DNA of 64,000 bases from Verrucomicrobiota bacterium. Its GTDB lineage: Bacteria; Verrucomicrobiota; Verrucomicrobiia; Limisphaerales; UBA11358. The stretch lies in contig DAIRTX010000006.1 in assembly GCA_036803685.1 (NCBI GenBank), positions 3,797-67,796 of the forward strand. Reading direction: 5' to 3'. Shown here piece by piece: positions 45,158 through 55,756 of the stretch. The position numbers were made by a program, and so were the translations under genes. The notes beneath the pieces are model-generated. The model made no database searches and was not told the DNA's origin. It worked only from the letters and a program-made list of their open reading frames with translations. Every line of letters starts with the position of its first letter. Position 1 is the first letter of the stretch.

Positions 45158-46771
45158 TTAGCCAATTTGTTTCAGCGCTTCGCGTTCGCACGCGGCGTAT
45201 TTCTTGATGAGCTGGTCGTAAACGCGGGCGGCCTTCGGGTCCGGACGGATTTCGCTGTTGGGAACCGGGTCGGTGAAACCGGCCACGACTTTTTCCCATT
45301 TCGGTTTTTCCCCGGCCTGGACCAGCCAGCCATGCGCGGCTCGCAACGCGGCGCCCAGCGCGGCACTTTTGGAAATTTCGATGCGCTCGACACGGCAATT
45401 CATCACGTCGGCCATTACCTGCAGCAGGGGGACGTCGTTCGAAGCGCCGCCGGTGGCGTAAATGCAGCCGGGCGCGACCTTCATCCATTGTGAATGCAGC
45501 CGCATCGTCATCATCTGCGCCTCGACGATGGCGCGGCAGTTCGCCGCGGCGTCCTTTTCGTCGAGATCGAAACGGTGAATGCCCGGCTGGTTCACGCGCG
45601 GAACAATTTCGGCCTCAAACCACGGTAACAGGATGCCACCGTTGTTGCCCGGTGGTGTGGCGGCCAGCGCTTCGCCGAATTTTTTCCAGTCCCTGATGCC
45701 GTAGGCGTCGCGGATTTTTTCCCGGGCGAGCGACCCGTTCTTGAAACAAATCAACGTCATGTAATCGCCGGTCGGTGAACCGAACACGTGGCCTTCGCCG
45801 TGTTCGTCGGTCCGGCATTTTTTCATCGAGCCGAAATACGTGTCGCTGGTGCCCAGGCTGATGGCGACCATGCCTTCGCGAATCAAACCGAGACCAACCA
45901 CGCTGCACGGATTGTCGCCCGACCAGACCAAGGTCTGCGCTTCCGGGTTCAGGCCGAATTTTTTGACGAAATACGGACTGACCGCGCCGACGACTTCCCA
46001 GGATTCGGCCAGCAGTGGCAGTTTCTTTTTCAAATCCGGCGCGGTGGCCGCCAGCGCATCCGGATGCCAGGCTTTTTTGTGAATGTCCATCAGGTTCATG
46101 CCTGCGCCGTCGCCGTGGTCAATCGGCGCAATCTTCCCCGCCAGCAATGACGCCATGAACGAACTGACAAGCGCGATGCTCGCGGTTTGGGCGTAGGCTT
46201 CCGGTTCGGTCTTGTAAAACTTGCGGATTTGCGGACCGGTGAACCGTTCGAATGTGTCCGACCCTGTGGCCTCGGCCGTGGCCTTGATACCGCCAAGCTT
46301 TTTGCGGATTTCGGCGCATTCCGCGGCGGTTGAGGAATCCATCCAAATCGGCGAGGTCGGACGCGAAAAAATGCCGTCCGCCTTCGTTTCACTTCGGCGC
46401 GACAAGCGCAGATTTTCGACCAAGGGTTTTTGGGGATTCAACTTCGCCAGCACATCGGCGGCGCGGTCGTTGAGATAAACCGAGCCGTGCTGCTGGCCGC
46501 TGCCGCTGATGGCCAGGATTTCGCCCAATGCGACGCCGTCCTTTTTCATTTCGGCAAAGAGCAAATCCAGCGCCTCGGCCCACAGCAGGGGCGAGCTGTG
46601 TTTCACCAGCGGGTCGGGATTGGGCAGGACGCCGTTTTGCGTTCCGTACTGCGGCAGCACGCGGTCGAAGTTCAGCGATTTTCCATACACGAGCTTGCGG
46701 CGGTCGTAGTCAATGATCACCGCGCTCAGGCTTTGCGTGCTGGAATCGAGTCCGAGAAATAATTTGGCCAT
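45158..46771 (-). CDS. xylB: Xylulokinase (FGGY family)
   Basis: LGLDSSTQS, ISGSGQQHGSVY, SPIWMDSST, ERFTGPQIRK, ISLGTSDT, ATGGAS. Confidence 0.85.
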   Translation of the reverse strand: MAKLFLGLDSSTQSLSAVIIDYDRRKLVYGKSLNFDRVLPQYGTQNGVLPNPDPLVKHSSPLLWAEALDLLFAEMKKDGVALGEILAISGSGQQHGSVYLNDRAADVLAKLNPQKPLVENLRLSRRSETKADGIFSRPTSPIWMDSSTAAECAEIRKKLGGIKATAEATGSDTFERFTGPQIRKFYKTEPEAYAQTASIALVSSFMASLLAGKIAPIDHGDGAGMNLMDIHKKAWHPDALAATAPDLKKKLPLLAESWEVVGAVSPYFVKKFGLNPEAQTLVWSGDNPCSVVGLGLIREGMVAISLGTSDTYFGSMKKCRTDEHGEGHVFGSPTGDYMTLICFKNGSLAREKIRDAYGIRDWKKFGEALAATPPGNNGGILLPWFEAEIVPRVNQPGIHRFDLDEKDAAANCRAIVEAQMMTMRLHSQWMKVAPGCIYATGGASNDVPLLQVMADVMNCRVERIEISKSAALGAALRAAHGWLVQAGEKPKWEKVVAGFTDPVPNSEIRPDPKAARVYDQLIKKYAACEREALKQIG

Positions 46772-46823
46772 GGAAATTTAAATGTGTCGTTTGCGTCTTA
46801 TTTGGTAACAATAAATTTGAACC

Positions 46824-48959
46824 ATGCAATCGAAAACCGCACTTAGGCTTCATTTTCATAGTATTGTCCTGCTCTGCGCCATCGCGGCCCACGCCGCGCC
46901 GATCGACCGGCACGCGCTCGTGATGCGGCATAATGTCGTGCTGCATCAGTTCGACGCGGACAATCCGCTGACCATCGGGAACGGTGAATTCGCCTTCACC
47001 GTTGACGCGACCGGCCTGCAAACCTTTTCGGAAGCGTTCGAGCACACGACACCGCTCGGCACGTTGTCGGACTGGGGCTGGCACACGAATCCGAACACGA
47101 ACGGCTGGAGTATTGACTCTTTTCAGTTCAAGGAATTCGCGGACCTGAACGGGCGCAAAGTTCCCTACGCCGACGTGCCCGGCAACAATCAAACGCCCGA
47201 AATCAAATGGCTGCGCGCCAATCCGCATCGGTTGCACCTCGGCCAGATCGGTTTCCGGCTCACCCACGCCGACGGTTCGCCGGCGCGAACGAATGATTTG
47301 ATCGACGTTGAGCAGACGCTGGATTTGTGGGATGGCCTGCTCACCAGTCATTTCAAATTCGACGGCCAACCGGTTACGGTAAAAACCGTTTGCGATCCGA
47401 AACTCGATGCGATTGCAGTGCGCGTCGAGTCGCCACTAGTGAAACAAGGCCGGTTGACGATCCAAATTCATTTTCCCTATGGCACGGGCGAAACCATCAC
47501 GGCGGATTGGAGCCAACCGGACGCGCATGAAACCATTTTCTCGCAAGATAAAATCAATGTTGGACATTTTGAACGCAAGCTCGACAACGACACCTACGTC
47601 GTGGACGCCAAATGGTCGCAAGGTGCAACCATTACAAACACGGCCAAGCATCAATTTGAAATCCGGCCAAACAAAAAATTGGAATCGCTGGAGCTGGTCT
47701 GTGAGTTCGCCCCGAAATCAAACAGCCGGCTGACAAGTTTTGACCAATCCCGCCAGGATGCTGAAAAAAATTGGAACGCATTCTGGAGCACCGGCGGCGC
47801 GATTGATTTGTCCGGCAGCAAGGATCCGCGCTGGTTTGAGCTCGAACGCCGCATTGTCCTGTCGCAATACCTCACGGCGATCCAGGACGCCGGGGAATAT
47901 CCACCCCAAGAGACCGGGCTGACGTACAACACCTGGGAAGGCAAGTTTCACCTGGAGATGCACTGGTGGCACGAGGCGCACTTCGCGTTGTGGAACCGGT
48001 TACCGCTGCTGGAAAAGAGCCTCGGTTACTACCAGAAAATTTTGCCACGCGCGGAAGCCACGGCGCGAAAACAGGGCTACGCCGGCGCGCGCTGGCCGAA
48101 AATGACCGGTCCCGGCGGCGCGGAATCACCGTCGCCCGTCGGGCCGTTCCTGGTCTGGCAGCAGCCGCATCCGATTTTCTATGCCGAGCTTTGCTATCGC
48201 AGCCACGGCGACCGCAAAACGCTGGAAAAATACAGCAACATTGTTTTTGCGACGGCGGATTTCATGGCCAGCTACGCGACGTGGGACGACGCAACCAAAC
48301 GTTACGTGCTCGGCCCGACGTTGCAAAGCGCGCAGGAAATTTTTCCAAAGGACAAAACCTTCAATCCGACGTTTGAATTGACCTATTGGCGCTGGGGCCT
48401 GGGAACGGCGCAACTTTGGCGCGAACGGCTCGGTTTTCCGCGCGATGAAAAGTGGGACGCGGTCTTGAAAGGCCTCGCCCAAGCGCCGGTGGCCGACGGC
48501 AAATATCTCTTTACCGAAACCGCGCCGGATTCCTACACGAATCCGCGTTGGAACAAAGACCATCCCGCTGTGCTCGGTGCGTTGAGCTTCGTGCCCGGAC
48601 CGGGCATGGACACGACCACGATGCGGAACACGTTTGATTGGGTCTGGAAAAATTGGAACTGGCCGGACACGTGGGGTTGGGATTATCCGATGATGGCGAT
48701 GTGCGCCGCGCGGCTCGGCGAACCGGAACGCGCCGTGGATGCACTGCTGCTCGACACGCCGAAAAATCATTACGCGCTCAACGGCCAGGTTTACCAGCGG
48801 CCCGGCCTGACGATTTATCTGCCCGCCAACGGCGGCCTGCTTTACGCCGCGGCGATGATGGCCGCCGGCTGGGATGGTGCGCCGAAAAAGAACGCGCCCG
48901 GTTTTCCAGACAATGGCCAATGGAATGTGCGCTGGGAAAATCTGCGGCCGGCGCCGTGA
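46824..48959 (+). CDS. Secreted six-hairpin glycosidase-like protein (GH65/GH95-related, family unassigned)
   Basis: Signal peptide; PIDRHALV.RHN, IGNGEFAFTVDATGLQTF, ELERRIVLSQY, WEGKFHLEMHWWH, WGWDYPM, YLPANGGLL. Confidence 0.65.
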   Translation: MQSKTALRLHFHSIVLLCAIAAHAAPIDRHALVMRHNVVLHQFDADNPLTIGNGEFAFTVDATGLQTFSEAFEHTTPLGTLSDWGWHTNPNTNGWSIDSFQFKEFADLNGRKVPYADVPGNNQTPEIKWLRANPHRLHLGQIGFRLTHADGSPARTNDLIDVEQTLDLWDGLLTSHFKFDGQPVTVKTVCDPKLDAIAVRVESPLVKQGRLTIQIHFPYGTGETITADWSQPDAHETIFSQDKINVGHFERKLDNDTYVVDAKWSQGATITNTAKHQFEIRPNKKLESLELVCEFAPKSNSRLTSFDQSRQDAEKNWNAFWSTGGAIDLSGSKDPRWFELERRIVLSQYLTAIQDAGEYPPQETGLTYNTWEGKFHLEMHWWHEAHFALWNRLPLLEKSLGYYQKILPRAEATARKQGYAGARWPKMTGPGGAESPSPVGPFLVWQQPHPIFYAELCYRSHGDRKTLEKYSNIVFATADFMASYATWDDATKRYVLGPTLQSAQEIFPKDKTFNPTFELTYWRWGLGTAQLWRERLGFPRDEKWDAVLKGLAQAPVADGKYLFTETAPDSYTNPRWNKDHPAVLGALSFVPGPGMDTTTMRNTFDWVWKNWNWPDTWGWDYPMMAMCAARLGEPERAVDALLLDTPKNHYALNGQVYQRPGLTIYLPANGGLLYAAAMMAAGWDGAPKKNAPGFPDNGQWNVRWENLRPAP

Positions 48960-48986
48960 TTATTGAGGCTCGCGAAAATGAGCAGC

Positions 48987-49099
48987 GGGGCGCGGGCTTC
49001 AGCCCGCTTCACCCTCCGCAGTAATGAGACGCTGGAAATGCCTGGCCTGCTTTCGCTTCGCACGTCGAAGCGGTCCCGCAACGGGCGGGACCGCGCTCC
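48987..49099. repeat. MITE/REP of the 690-793 family, between convergent genes
   Basis: GGGGCGCGGGCTTCAGCCCGCTTC ... GAAGCGG...CCGCGCTCC. An (CTCGTC)n/(GACGAG)n inverted tract follows at about 49154-49228. Confidence 0.65.
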
Positions 49100-49247
49100 C
49101 AGTCCGGCACAGATTCGTTACCCACTGGTGCGAGATTCAATAGTGCTCCCGATTCGTTCTCGTCCTCCTCCTCGTCCTCGACCCATTGAAAAAATCGCGG
49201 ACGAGAACGATTACGACGACGAGGACGAATATCGGATGAACGAAAAT

Positions 49248-50435
49248 TTATTTCCCCGCGATCTTCACCGGCAGGGTCAATTGCGCCGGGCGCATCGTCG
49301 CATGGGCTTCCGAAGCGATGATGGCCCCGCCGTTCAAATCCACCGAAGCAACTTTGTTTGCCGCATCTTTGGGGAGATTGAAAACAAGCGTACCCGTGCC
49401 GCTGCCGGAGTCGTAATGGGCGAAAGTGCCGTCGCTCAATTTTAACTGTGGCTTGCCTTTCACCGTGACGTTCTCGCTGAACCCGACGCCAATTTGACCG
49501 GCGCCCACTTTGACCTGCCGGATGGCCGGCCCGGCGGTCCGTTCCGGGTCCCACTTGCCGGCAAACGTCCACGCGGCGGTGATTTGTGCGGGCTTGGGCG
49601 CACCGGGCGCGGCAGAAAGATTGTTGGTGAGCCAGCCATAATCGCCACCCTCGCGATGGCAATTGTAAAAATACGAGCGCTCGCCCCAGACATTCGATTT
49701 GTCCAACTCCTTGTTTTTCTGGATGTCACTCGCGCTGGGTGTTTTGTTGTCGAGCGGGTAGATGACGCGAAACGGCGGCTGGTCAATCATCGTCTTGGAA
49801 AACGTGCAATCGAGGAAATAGAATTGCGCGTCGTGGTGATGACGCGCGAGGTTCCATCCGTTGGTGCCATCAAACCGGCAGTCGCGCAGGACAAATTTCA
49901 TGTCCTTGTTCTTGGAGCCGTCGTGCCAGACGGCGGCGGTGTCCTTCATTTCGTAAAACGTGCAATTGGTCACGTAACACCAGCCGCGCGGGCAGACAAA
50001 ATCCACCGAGCCTTCAAACCGGCAGTTGGCGTGATAACACCGTCCGTGGTCGCCCCGCCAGAACGAAACCGTGTCCGCGCCATGGCTCAGCACGTCGCAA
50101 TCCACCACCACCGCGCGGTCGCCGGTGCCGAGAATGGTGAACGCGTGCGGCCCGATGACGCCGGCGGTGTTCTCCGCAGTGAGGTTCTCCAGGACAAAAT
50201 CGTCGGCGCGGTTCAGGTTGATGACCGCCCGGCCGATGGCGTCGGGGTTTTTGGTGAAGTCCTCGTCCAACTGCGGGAACTCGATGCGGGTGCCCTTGCG
50301 GCTCTGGCCGCACAACGTCACAAACGATGCGTCCACGCGGATTTTCTCATGGTAAGTTCCATCCTTGATGAACACCACCATGCGCTCGGTGTTCGTTTTC
50401 GGGATGGACGCGACGGCGGCTTGAATCGTTTGGAA
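49248..50435 (-). pseudogene. Pectin methylesterase (CE8), 5'-truncated
   Basis: FQTIQAAVASIP, IKDGTYHEKI, GADTV, FEGSVDFV. No signal peptide or N-terminus; it runs directly into the CHAT fragment. Confidence 0.75.
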
Positions 50436-50442
50436 AGCCGAA

Positions 50443-51021
50443 TTGAAGGCCGTCGTTTCCCCGCGCGTGCTGCATCTGGCCACGCATGGATTCTTTCTCC
50501 CGGATCAGGAAGTTCAGCGCACCAACTTCGGTAGGGCCGACCTGCTGGTCGGCTTGGACGCGCGGCAGCGCGTCCCTACCACGAAGAACGACTGGGAAAA
50601 CCCGCTGGTGCGTTGCGGCATTGCGCTGGCCGGGGCGAATCACGCGCTGCAAATCACCAACGCCATCGCGGAAGACGGATTACTCACGGGCTTGGAAGCG
50701 TCATTGTTGAATTTGCAGGGAACGGAACTGGTCATCCTGAGCGCGTGCGACAGCGGCTCGGGCGAGGTGAAGATTGGCGAGGGCGTGATGTCGTTGCGGC
50801 GGGCGTTCCGCATCGCGGGCGCGGAGAGCGTGCTGGCGAGTCATTGGCCAGTGAACGACAAAGCCACCAGCCGGTTGATGACGGAATTCATGCGCCGCTG
50901 GCGCGCAGGCGAGCCGGGAGCGCAGGCATGGCGTGAAGCACAATTGGAATTGCTGCGCTCAAAAGATTTTTCCAATCCTTACTTCTGGGCGGCGTTCACC
51001 CTGACAGGACAATGGAATTGA
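50443..51021 (+). pseudogene. CHAT-domain (caspase-like) C-terminal fragment
   Basis: VLHLATHGFF, LVILSACDSGSG, GEGVMSLRRAFRIAGA, PYFWAAFTLTG. Lacks the N-terminal TPR and most of the domain. In-frame REP at 50530-50580. Confidence 0.8.
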
Positions 51022-51257
51022 ACCTGAAAGCGGGCCTCGTCATCTCGGCTTCTATATTTTATTCGCCCTGCAATTGCCTTGATTTCAATAATTTCCCGTC
51101 CCAGTTTTGCGCCCATCTTGCGCCGTGAACAATTTGCATACGCAGGCAACTGGAAACTGTCGCGTGCGACATAACCAGAAATGGTGATTGCCTTGGCCGG
51201 CGGATTTTTCGGATAGTTTCCGGCAACACAAAAAATCCCGTTTAACTTTCATTTGCG

Positions 51258-52526
51258 ATGAGCTCACCAAACAACATTGAAAAGTCTTTTTCACTGGCCA
51301 AAGAACGTTACGCCGGATTGGGCGTGGATATGCACCGCGCACTGAAGATCCTGGAGAAAATTCCAATCTCGCTCCACTGCTGGCAGGGCGACGACGTCGG
51401 CGGCTTTGAAAATTTCGGCGGGACGTTGGGCGGCGGACTTGTCGTCACGGGAAATTATCCGGGCAAGGCGCGGACGCCGGATGAACTCCGCGCCGACCTG
51501 GAGAAAACCTTTTCGCTCGTCCCGGGCAAGCACCGCCTCAATCTCCACGCCTTCTATGGCGAGTTCGGCAGCCGGAAAGTGGACCGCGATCAAATCACGC
51601 CGGCGCACTTCAAAAACTGGATTGCGTGGGCCAAACAAAACGGCATCGGCATGGACTTCAATCCGACCTGCTTCTCGCATCCGAAAGCGGCCGACGGCTT
51701 CACGCTGGCACACGCGGACAAAAACATCCGCCGGTTCTGGATCGAGCACTGCATCCGCTGCCGCGAAATCGGCGCGGCCATCGGCCAGGCGCTCGAAAAA
51801 ACCTGCATCACGAACGTCTGGATTCCCGACGGCATGAAGGACACGCCCGCCGACCGCAACGCGCCGCGCGCGCGGCTCGCCGAATCGCTGGATGCCATTT
51901 TTAAGAAACCGATTTCACAGGAGCTGAACCTTGACGCCGTCGAACCGAAACTGTTTGGCATCGGCAGCGAGAGCTACGTCGTCGGTTCGCACGAATTTTA
52001 TCTCGGTTATGCCGTCAGCCGGAAGAAATTACTGACGCTGGACGCCGGCCATTATCATCCGACCGAGGGCATCGCGGACAAAATCTCCAGTGTGCTGCAA
52101 TTTTTGCCGGAGATTTTGCTGCACGTCAGCCGCGGCGTCCGCTGGGACAGCGACCACGTGGTGATTTTGAACGACGATTTGCAGGCCATCGCCCGCGAAA
52201 TCGTGGCGAACGGTTTCGTTGACCGCGTCCACATCGGACTCGATTACTTCGACGCCAGCATCAATCGGGTTGCCGCCTGGATCATCGGCACGCGCAACAT
52301 GCTTCGCGCCCTGCTCTTCGCGCTGCTGGAACCGACGGCGAAACTTCGCGCCGCCGAAAGCGCCGGTGATTACACGACGCGCCTGGCGTTGCAGGAGGAA
52401 ATCAAGTCGCTGCCGTTCGGCGCGGTGTGGGATTTTTATTGTGAGAGCAAAGGCGTTCCGGTCGGCGAGGCGTGGCTGGCGGAAGTGAAGCGTTACGAAA
52501 AGAATGTCTTGAGCAAACGGCAGTAA
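51258..52526 (+). CDS. rhaA: L-rhamnose isomerase
   Basis: [78 protein letters not shown]. Confidence 0.96.
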   Translation: MSSPNNIEKSFSLAKERYAGLGVDMHRALKILEKIPISLHCWQGDDVGGFENFGGTLGGGLVVTGNYPGKARTPDELRADLEKTFSLVPGKHRLNLHAFYGEFGSRKVDRDQITPAHFKNWIAWAKQNGIGMDFNPTCFSHPKAADGFTLAHADKNIRRFWIEHCIRCREIGAAIGQALEKTCITNVWIPDGMKDTPADRNAPRARLAESLDAIFKKPISQELNLDAVEPKLFGIGSESYVVGSHEFYLGYAVSRKKLLTLDAGHYHPTEGIADKISSVLQFLPEILLHVSRGVRWDSDHVVILNDDLQAIAREIVANGFVDRVHIGLDYFDASINRVAAWIIGTRNMLRALLFALLEPTAKLRAAESAGDYTTRLALQEEIKSLPFGAVWDFYCESKGVPVGEAWLAEVKRYEKNVLSKRQ

Positions 52527-52562
52527 GCAAACAACTTAATCCGCAAATCAAATTAATACACC

Positions 52563-53699
52563 ATGGGCAATCCATTCTTAGGCGTTTTCTTTCACTGGCT
52601 CGGCGGTCTCGCTTCCGGAAGTTTTTACGTGCCTTACCGCGGCGTGAAAAAGTGGTCGTGGGAAACCTACTGGCTCGTCGGCGGATTTTTCTCGTGAATC
52701 ATCTGCCCGTGACTGCTGGCGTCCCTCATGACCAACGATTTGTTGGGCGTGCTGAAGCAACAATCGGCGAGCACGCTGTGGTGGACGTATTTCTTCGGCG
52801 CCATGTGGGGCTTCGGCGGGCTGACGTTTGGTCTGACCATGCGTTACCTCGGCATGTCGCTGGGCATGGGTGTGGCGTTGGGCTACTGCGCGGCGTTTGG
52901 AACACTGGTGCCGCCGATTTTCAAACAGTTCATGCCGAACCTCCCGGTGGGAGCAAGCATCAAGGAAATCGCCACTTCCACACCCGGACAGATCACGCTG
53001 GCGGGGGTGGCGGTTTGTTTGCTGGGCATCGGCATCGCCGCGCTGGCGGGTTTCACCAAGGAAAGGGAAATGCCGGAAGAGCAAAAAAAGAAGGTCATCA
53101 AGGAATTCAATTTCAAGAAGGGCATTTTGGTGGCAACCTTTTCCGGCATCATGAGCGCGTGCTTTGCTTTTGCGCTCACGGCGGGCAATCCGATCGGCGA
53201 CGCCTCCCTGACGGCGGGCACCAACAAAATCTGGACCGGCCTCCCCAAGCTCATCGTGGTGCTGCTCGGCGGCTTCACGACGAACTGCATCTGGTGCGTG
53301 CTGCTGAATTTGAAAAACCGCAGCGGCTACCAATACTTTTCTTCCCATATCCGCGCCGAACACGCTTCCACGCCGGGCGCGGCTGTTGCCGTGTCGCAAA
53401 CCGATCTCAAGGTGCCAGTGCTGGCCAACTATCTTTTCTCCGCCCTGGCCGGCACCTGCTGGTATTTTCAATTCTTCTTCTACACGATGGGCGAGACGCA
53501 GATGGGCAAATACAGCTTCGCAAGCTGGACGCTGCACATGGCGAGCATCATCATTTTCAGCACGATGTGGGGCTGGATTTTGCACGAGTGGAAAGGCTCC
53601 AGCAAGAAGGCGCACCTGCTCATTGGCGGTGGCATCGCCACACTCGTGCTCTCGACCATCATCATCGGTTTCGGCACCTATTTGAAGAGCAAGCAATAG
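52563..53699 (+). pseudogene. rhaT: L-rhamnose/H+ symporter with two in-frame TGA codons at Trp positions
   Basis: MGNPFLGVFFHWLGGLASGSFYVPY..KKWSWETYWLVGGFFS*IICP*LLA continues in frame into ORF 52728-53699. TGA at 52695 and 52710. Confidence 0.85.
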
Positions 53700-53705
53700 T
53701 CGGCC

Positions 53706-54020
53706 ATGAAACGCCACGCCTTCAAAATGAAGTTGAAGCCCGGCGTGGCGGCGGAATACAAAAAGCGTCACGACGAAATCTGGCCGGAGCTGGCGGCGGA
53801 ACTGCGGGCGGCGGGCGTTTCGGATTACTCGATTTTCCTCGATGAAGAGACGCTCACGCTGTTCGCCGTTCAAAAGTTGAGCAAAAAAAATTCCGCCGCT
53901 GATTTGCCCAATTCCCCCATCGTCCGCAAATGGTGGGATTACATGGCCCCGTTGATGGAAGTGCATCCCGACAACGCACCCGTCGCGAAACCGCTCAAGG
54001 AAGTCTTTCACCTCGACTGA
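53706..54020 (+). CDS. rhaM: L-rhamnose mutarotase
   Basis: AFKMKLKPG..EYKKRHDEIWPEL..YSIFLD..RKWWDYMA..EVFHLD. Confidence 0.95.
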   Translation: MKRHAFKMKLKPGVAAEYKKRHDEIWPELAAELRAAGVSDYSIFLDEETLTLFAVQKLSKKNSAADLPNSPIVRKWWDYMAPLMEVHPDNAPVAKPLKEVFHLD

Positions 54021-54023
54021 AAC

Positions 54024-54066
54024 TGGCGCACCCATCAGGAGTTGAACCTGAAACCTTCTGGTCCGG
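54024..54066 (-). mobile_element. 3' half of a tRNA-Arg (probable att site)
   Basis: Minus strand reads CCGGACCAGAAGGTTTCAGGTTCAACTCCTGATGGGTGCGCCA (anticodon 3' side, T-arm, acceptor strand, CCA). No matching 5' half is present. Confidence 0.7.
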
Positions 54067-54157
54067 GGTAAACCCATGGCAGTCTGCGTGTCTTCGCGGG
54101 TTCATCCTGTGATACCAATTCTCCGTAACAACCGGAACTTTGGTTGATTGTGTGGAA

Positions 54158-54235
54158 CCCCTCACCCGGTCCCGCAATGCGCACTCCGGGACCACCTCTC
54201 CCCGCTTGGGCGGGGAGAGGGACGGGGGTGAGGGG
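54158..54235. repeat. CCCCTCACCC...GGGGAGAGGG...GGGTGAGGGG REP-type nested hairpin
   Basis: Nested inverted repeats downstream of the sigma gene; may also act as a terminator. Confidence 0.75.
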
Positions 54236-54301
54236 CGTTTAGTTTTGATCCGATTAACGTTGAGAAAGGTATGACTGCTCCACCGACAGATAACGCCATC
54301 T

Positions 54302-55336
54302 TCACGCCGCCACCGCAAACGCTTCATCGGTGGCAGGACGGTCGCGCTCCTCCATTCCGGCCCGCAATTTCTTGAGCGCCTCCTCCTGGATCTGCCGGAT
54401 GCGTTCGCGGGTCACACCAAAATGCTCACCAACCTCTTCCAGGGTTTTCGGCCGGCCGTCATTCAGCCCAAAACGCAGGGCGAGGATCGCGCTTTCGCGC
54501 CTGGTGAGGGTGGCCAGAACTTCCCGCACCAGGTTCCGGTCGGTTTCCCGGATGAGCCGGTCAAAGGGCAATGCCGCATTCGGGTCGGCCACCACTTCCG
54601 AGACGCGACTCGACTCGTCGTCACCCAGCGGCGCGTCCAGTGAAACCGGCGCCCGGGACGCCTGGCGATATTGCCGCACGCGCCGCGGATTGAGTCCCAA
54701 AGCGTCCGCCACCTCTTCATCGGTCGGGTCCCGGTCGAGGACTTCGCGGAGCTTCCGTTCCGCGCGACGGATATGGGTCATCTTGTCGACCACATGGACC
54801 GGCAGGCGGATGGTCTTCGACTGGTTCGCCAATGCCCGCAGGATGCTCTGCTTGATCCACCACGAGGCGTAAGTGGAGAGCTTCGCTCCCTTCCTGGGAT
54901 CAAACCGTTCCACTCCCTTCATCAAGCCGATGTTGCCCTCATTGATGAGGTCGAGCAGCGGCAGGCCCAGCCCGTCATAGTCGCGGGCGATTTTCACCAC
55001 CAACCGCAGGTTAGCCTTGATCATCTGTTCGCGCGCCGCTTTGTCACCCCGCTTGATTCGCCGGGCGAGCGCGATTTCCTCCTTGGGCGTCAGCAATTGC
55101 ACCTGGCCGATCTCGCGGAGATAGAGTTGCAAGGCGTCGCCGCGGGGCAAATCTGCCCGCACTGGTTCCGCCGGCTCGCTTTCCGTCGCCACCGGCGGGG
55201 TCGGCAGTACCCCGGCGGTGGGTGACGCCGACAAAGCACGACTTCGCTTCGGCAGACGCGACGGGGCCAAATGGATGCGAGACGGTGTGAGGCTGGTCGC
55301 CCTCGACCGGTAAGTCCGCTGAAATATGGTTTTCAT
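54302..55336 (-). CDS. RpoD/RpoS-like sigma70 factor paralogue (no region 1.1)
   Basis: LQLYLREIG, ANLRLVVKIA, DLINEGNIGLMKGVERFD, STYASWWIKQ, TLEEVG..FGVTRERIRQI. Confidence 0.95.
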   Translation of the reverse strand: MKTIFQRTYRSRATSLTPSRIHLAPSRLPKRSRALSASPTAGVLPTPPVATESEPAEPVRADLPRGDALQLYLREIGQVQLLTPKEEIALARRIKRGDKAAREQMIKANLRLVVKIARDYDGLGLPLLDLINEGNIGLMKGVERFDPRKGAKLSTYASWWIKQSILRALANQSKTIRLPVHVVDKMTHIRRAERKLREVLDRDPTDEEVADALGLNPRRVRQYRQASRAPVSLDAPLGDDESSRVSEVVADPNAALPFDRLIRETDRNLVREVLATLTRRESAILALRFGLNDGRPKTLEEVGEHFGVTRERIRQIQEEALKKLRAGMEERDRPATDEAFAVAA

Positions 55337-55375
55337 TTGTTTCCCTCAGTTCTTTTGGATAAGTGAGTGTGGGCC

Positions 55376-55708
55376 TCAGGCAGCCACGGCCAGCGCTTCC
55401 AGTTTGGAAATAATTACCTTCTTACCCACGACCCCCGCGATTTGATGACGCACTTCGCCGCCGGCGAAATAGAGCAACGTCGGAATCGCCTGGATGCCGA
55501 AGCGCTCCGCCAGCACAGGATGGTTGTCCACGTTGACCTTGGCGACTTTCACGCGACCGGATTGTTCCGTGGCGATTTCGTCGAGCACGGGCGCGAGCAT
55601 TTTGCACGGCCCGCACCACCCGGCCCAAAAGTCCACGCGGACGGGTTGCGCTGATTTCAGGACTTCGGTTTCAAAATTCGCTTCGTTGATTTCAATGGTC
55701 GCTTTCAT
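55376..55708 (-). CDS. trxA: Thioredoxin
   Basis: DFWAGWCGPCK, KVNVD, IQAIPTLLYF. Confidence 0.95.
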   Translation of the reverse strand: MKATIEINEANFETEVLKSAQPVRVDFWAGWCGPCKMLAPVLDEIATEQSGRVKVAKVNVDNHPVLAERFGIQAIPTLLYFAGGEVRHQIAGVVGKKVIISKLEALAVAA

Positions 55709-55756
55709 ATTTCAGTTCCTGGTTGTTTCAGTTGTCGGAATGCGCCGACGCCCCCG

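Noticed and set aside
52695-52712. Genome-wide UGA=Trp code, or selenocysteine
   Set aside because: Many genes in the window terminate at TGA, and other Trp codons are TGG. The positions correspond to Trp, not Cys.
54024-54100. Complete tRNA gene
   Set aside because: No 5' acceptor strand or D-arm pairs with the 3' half.
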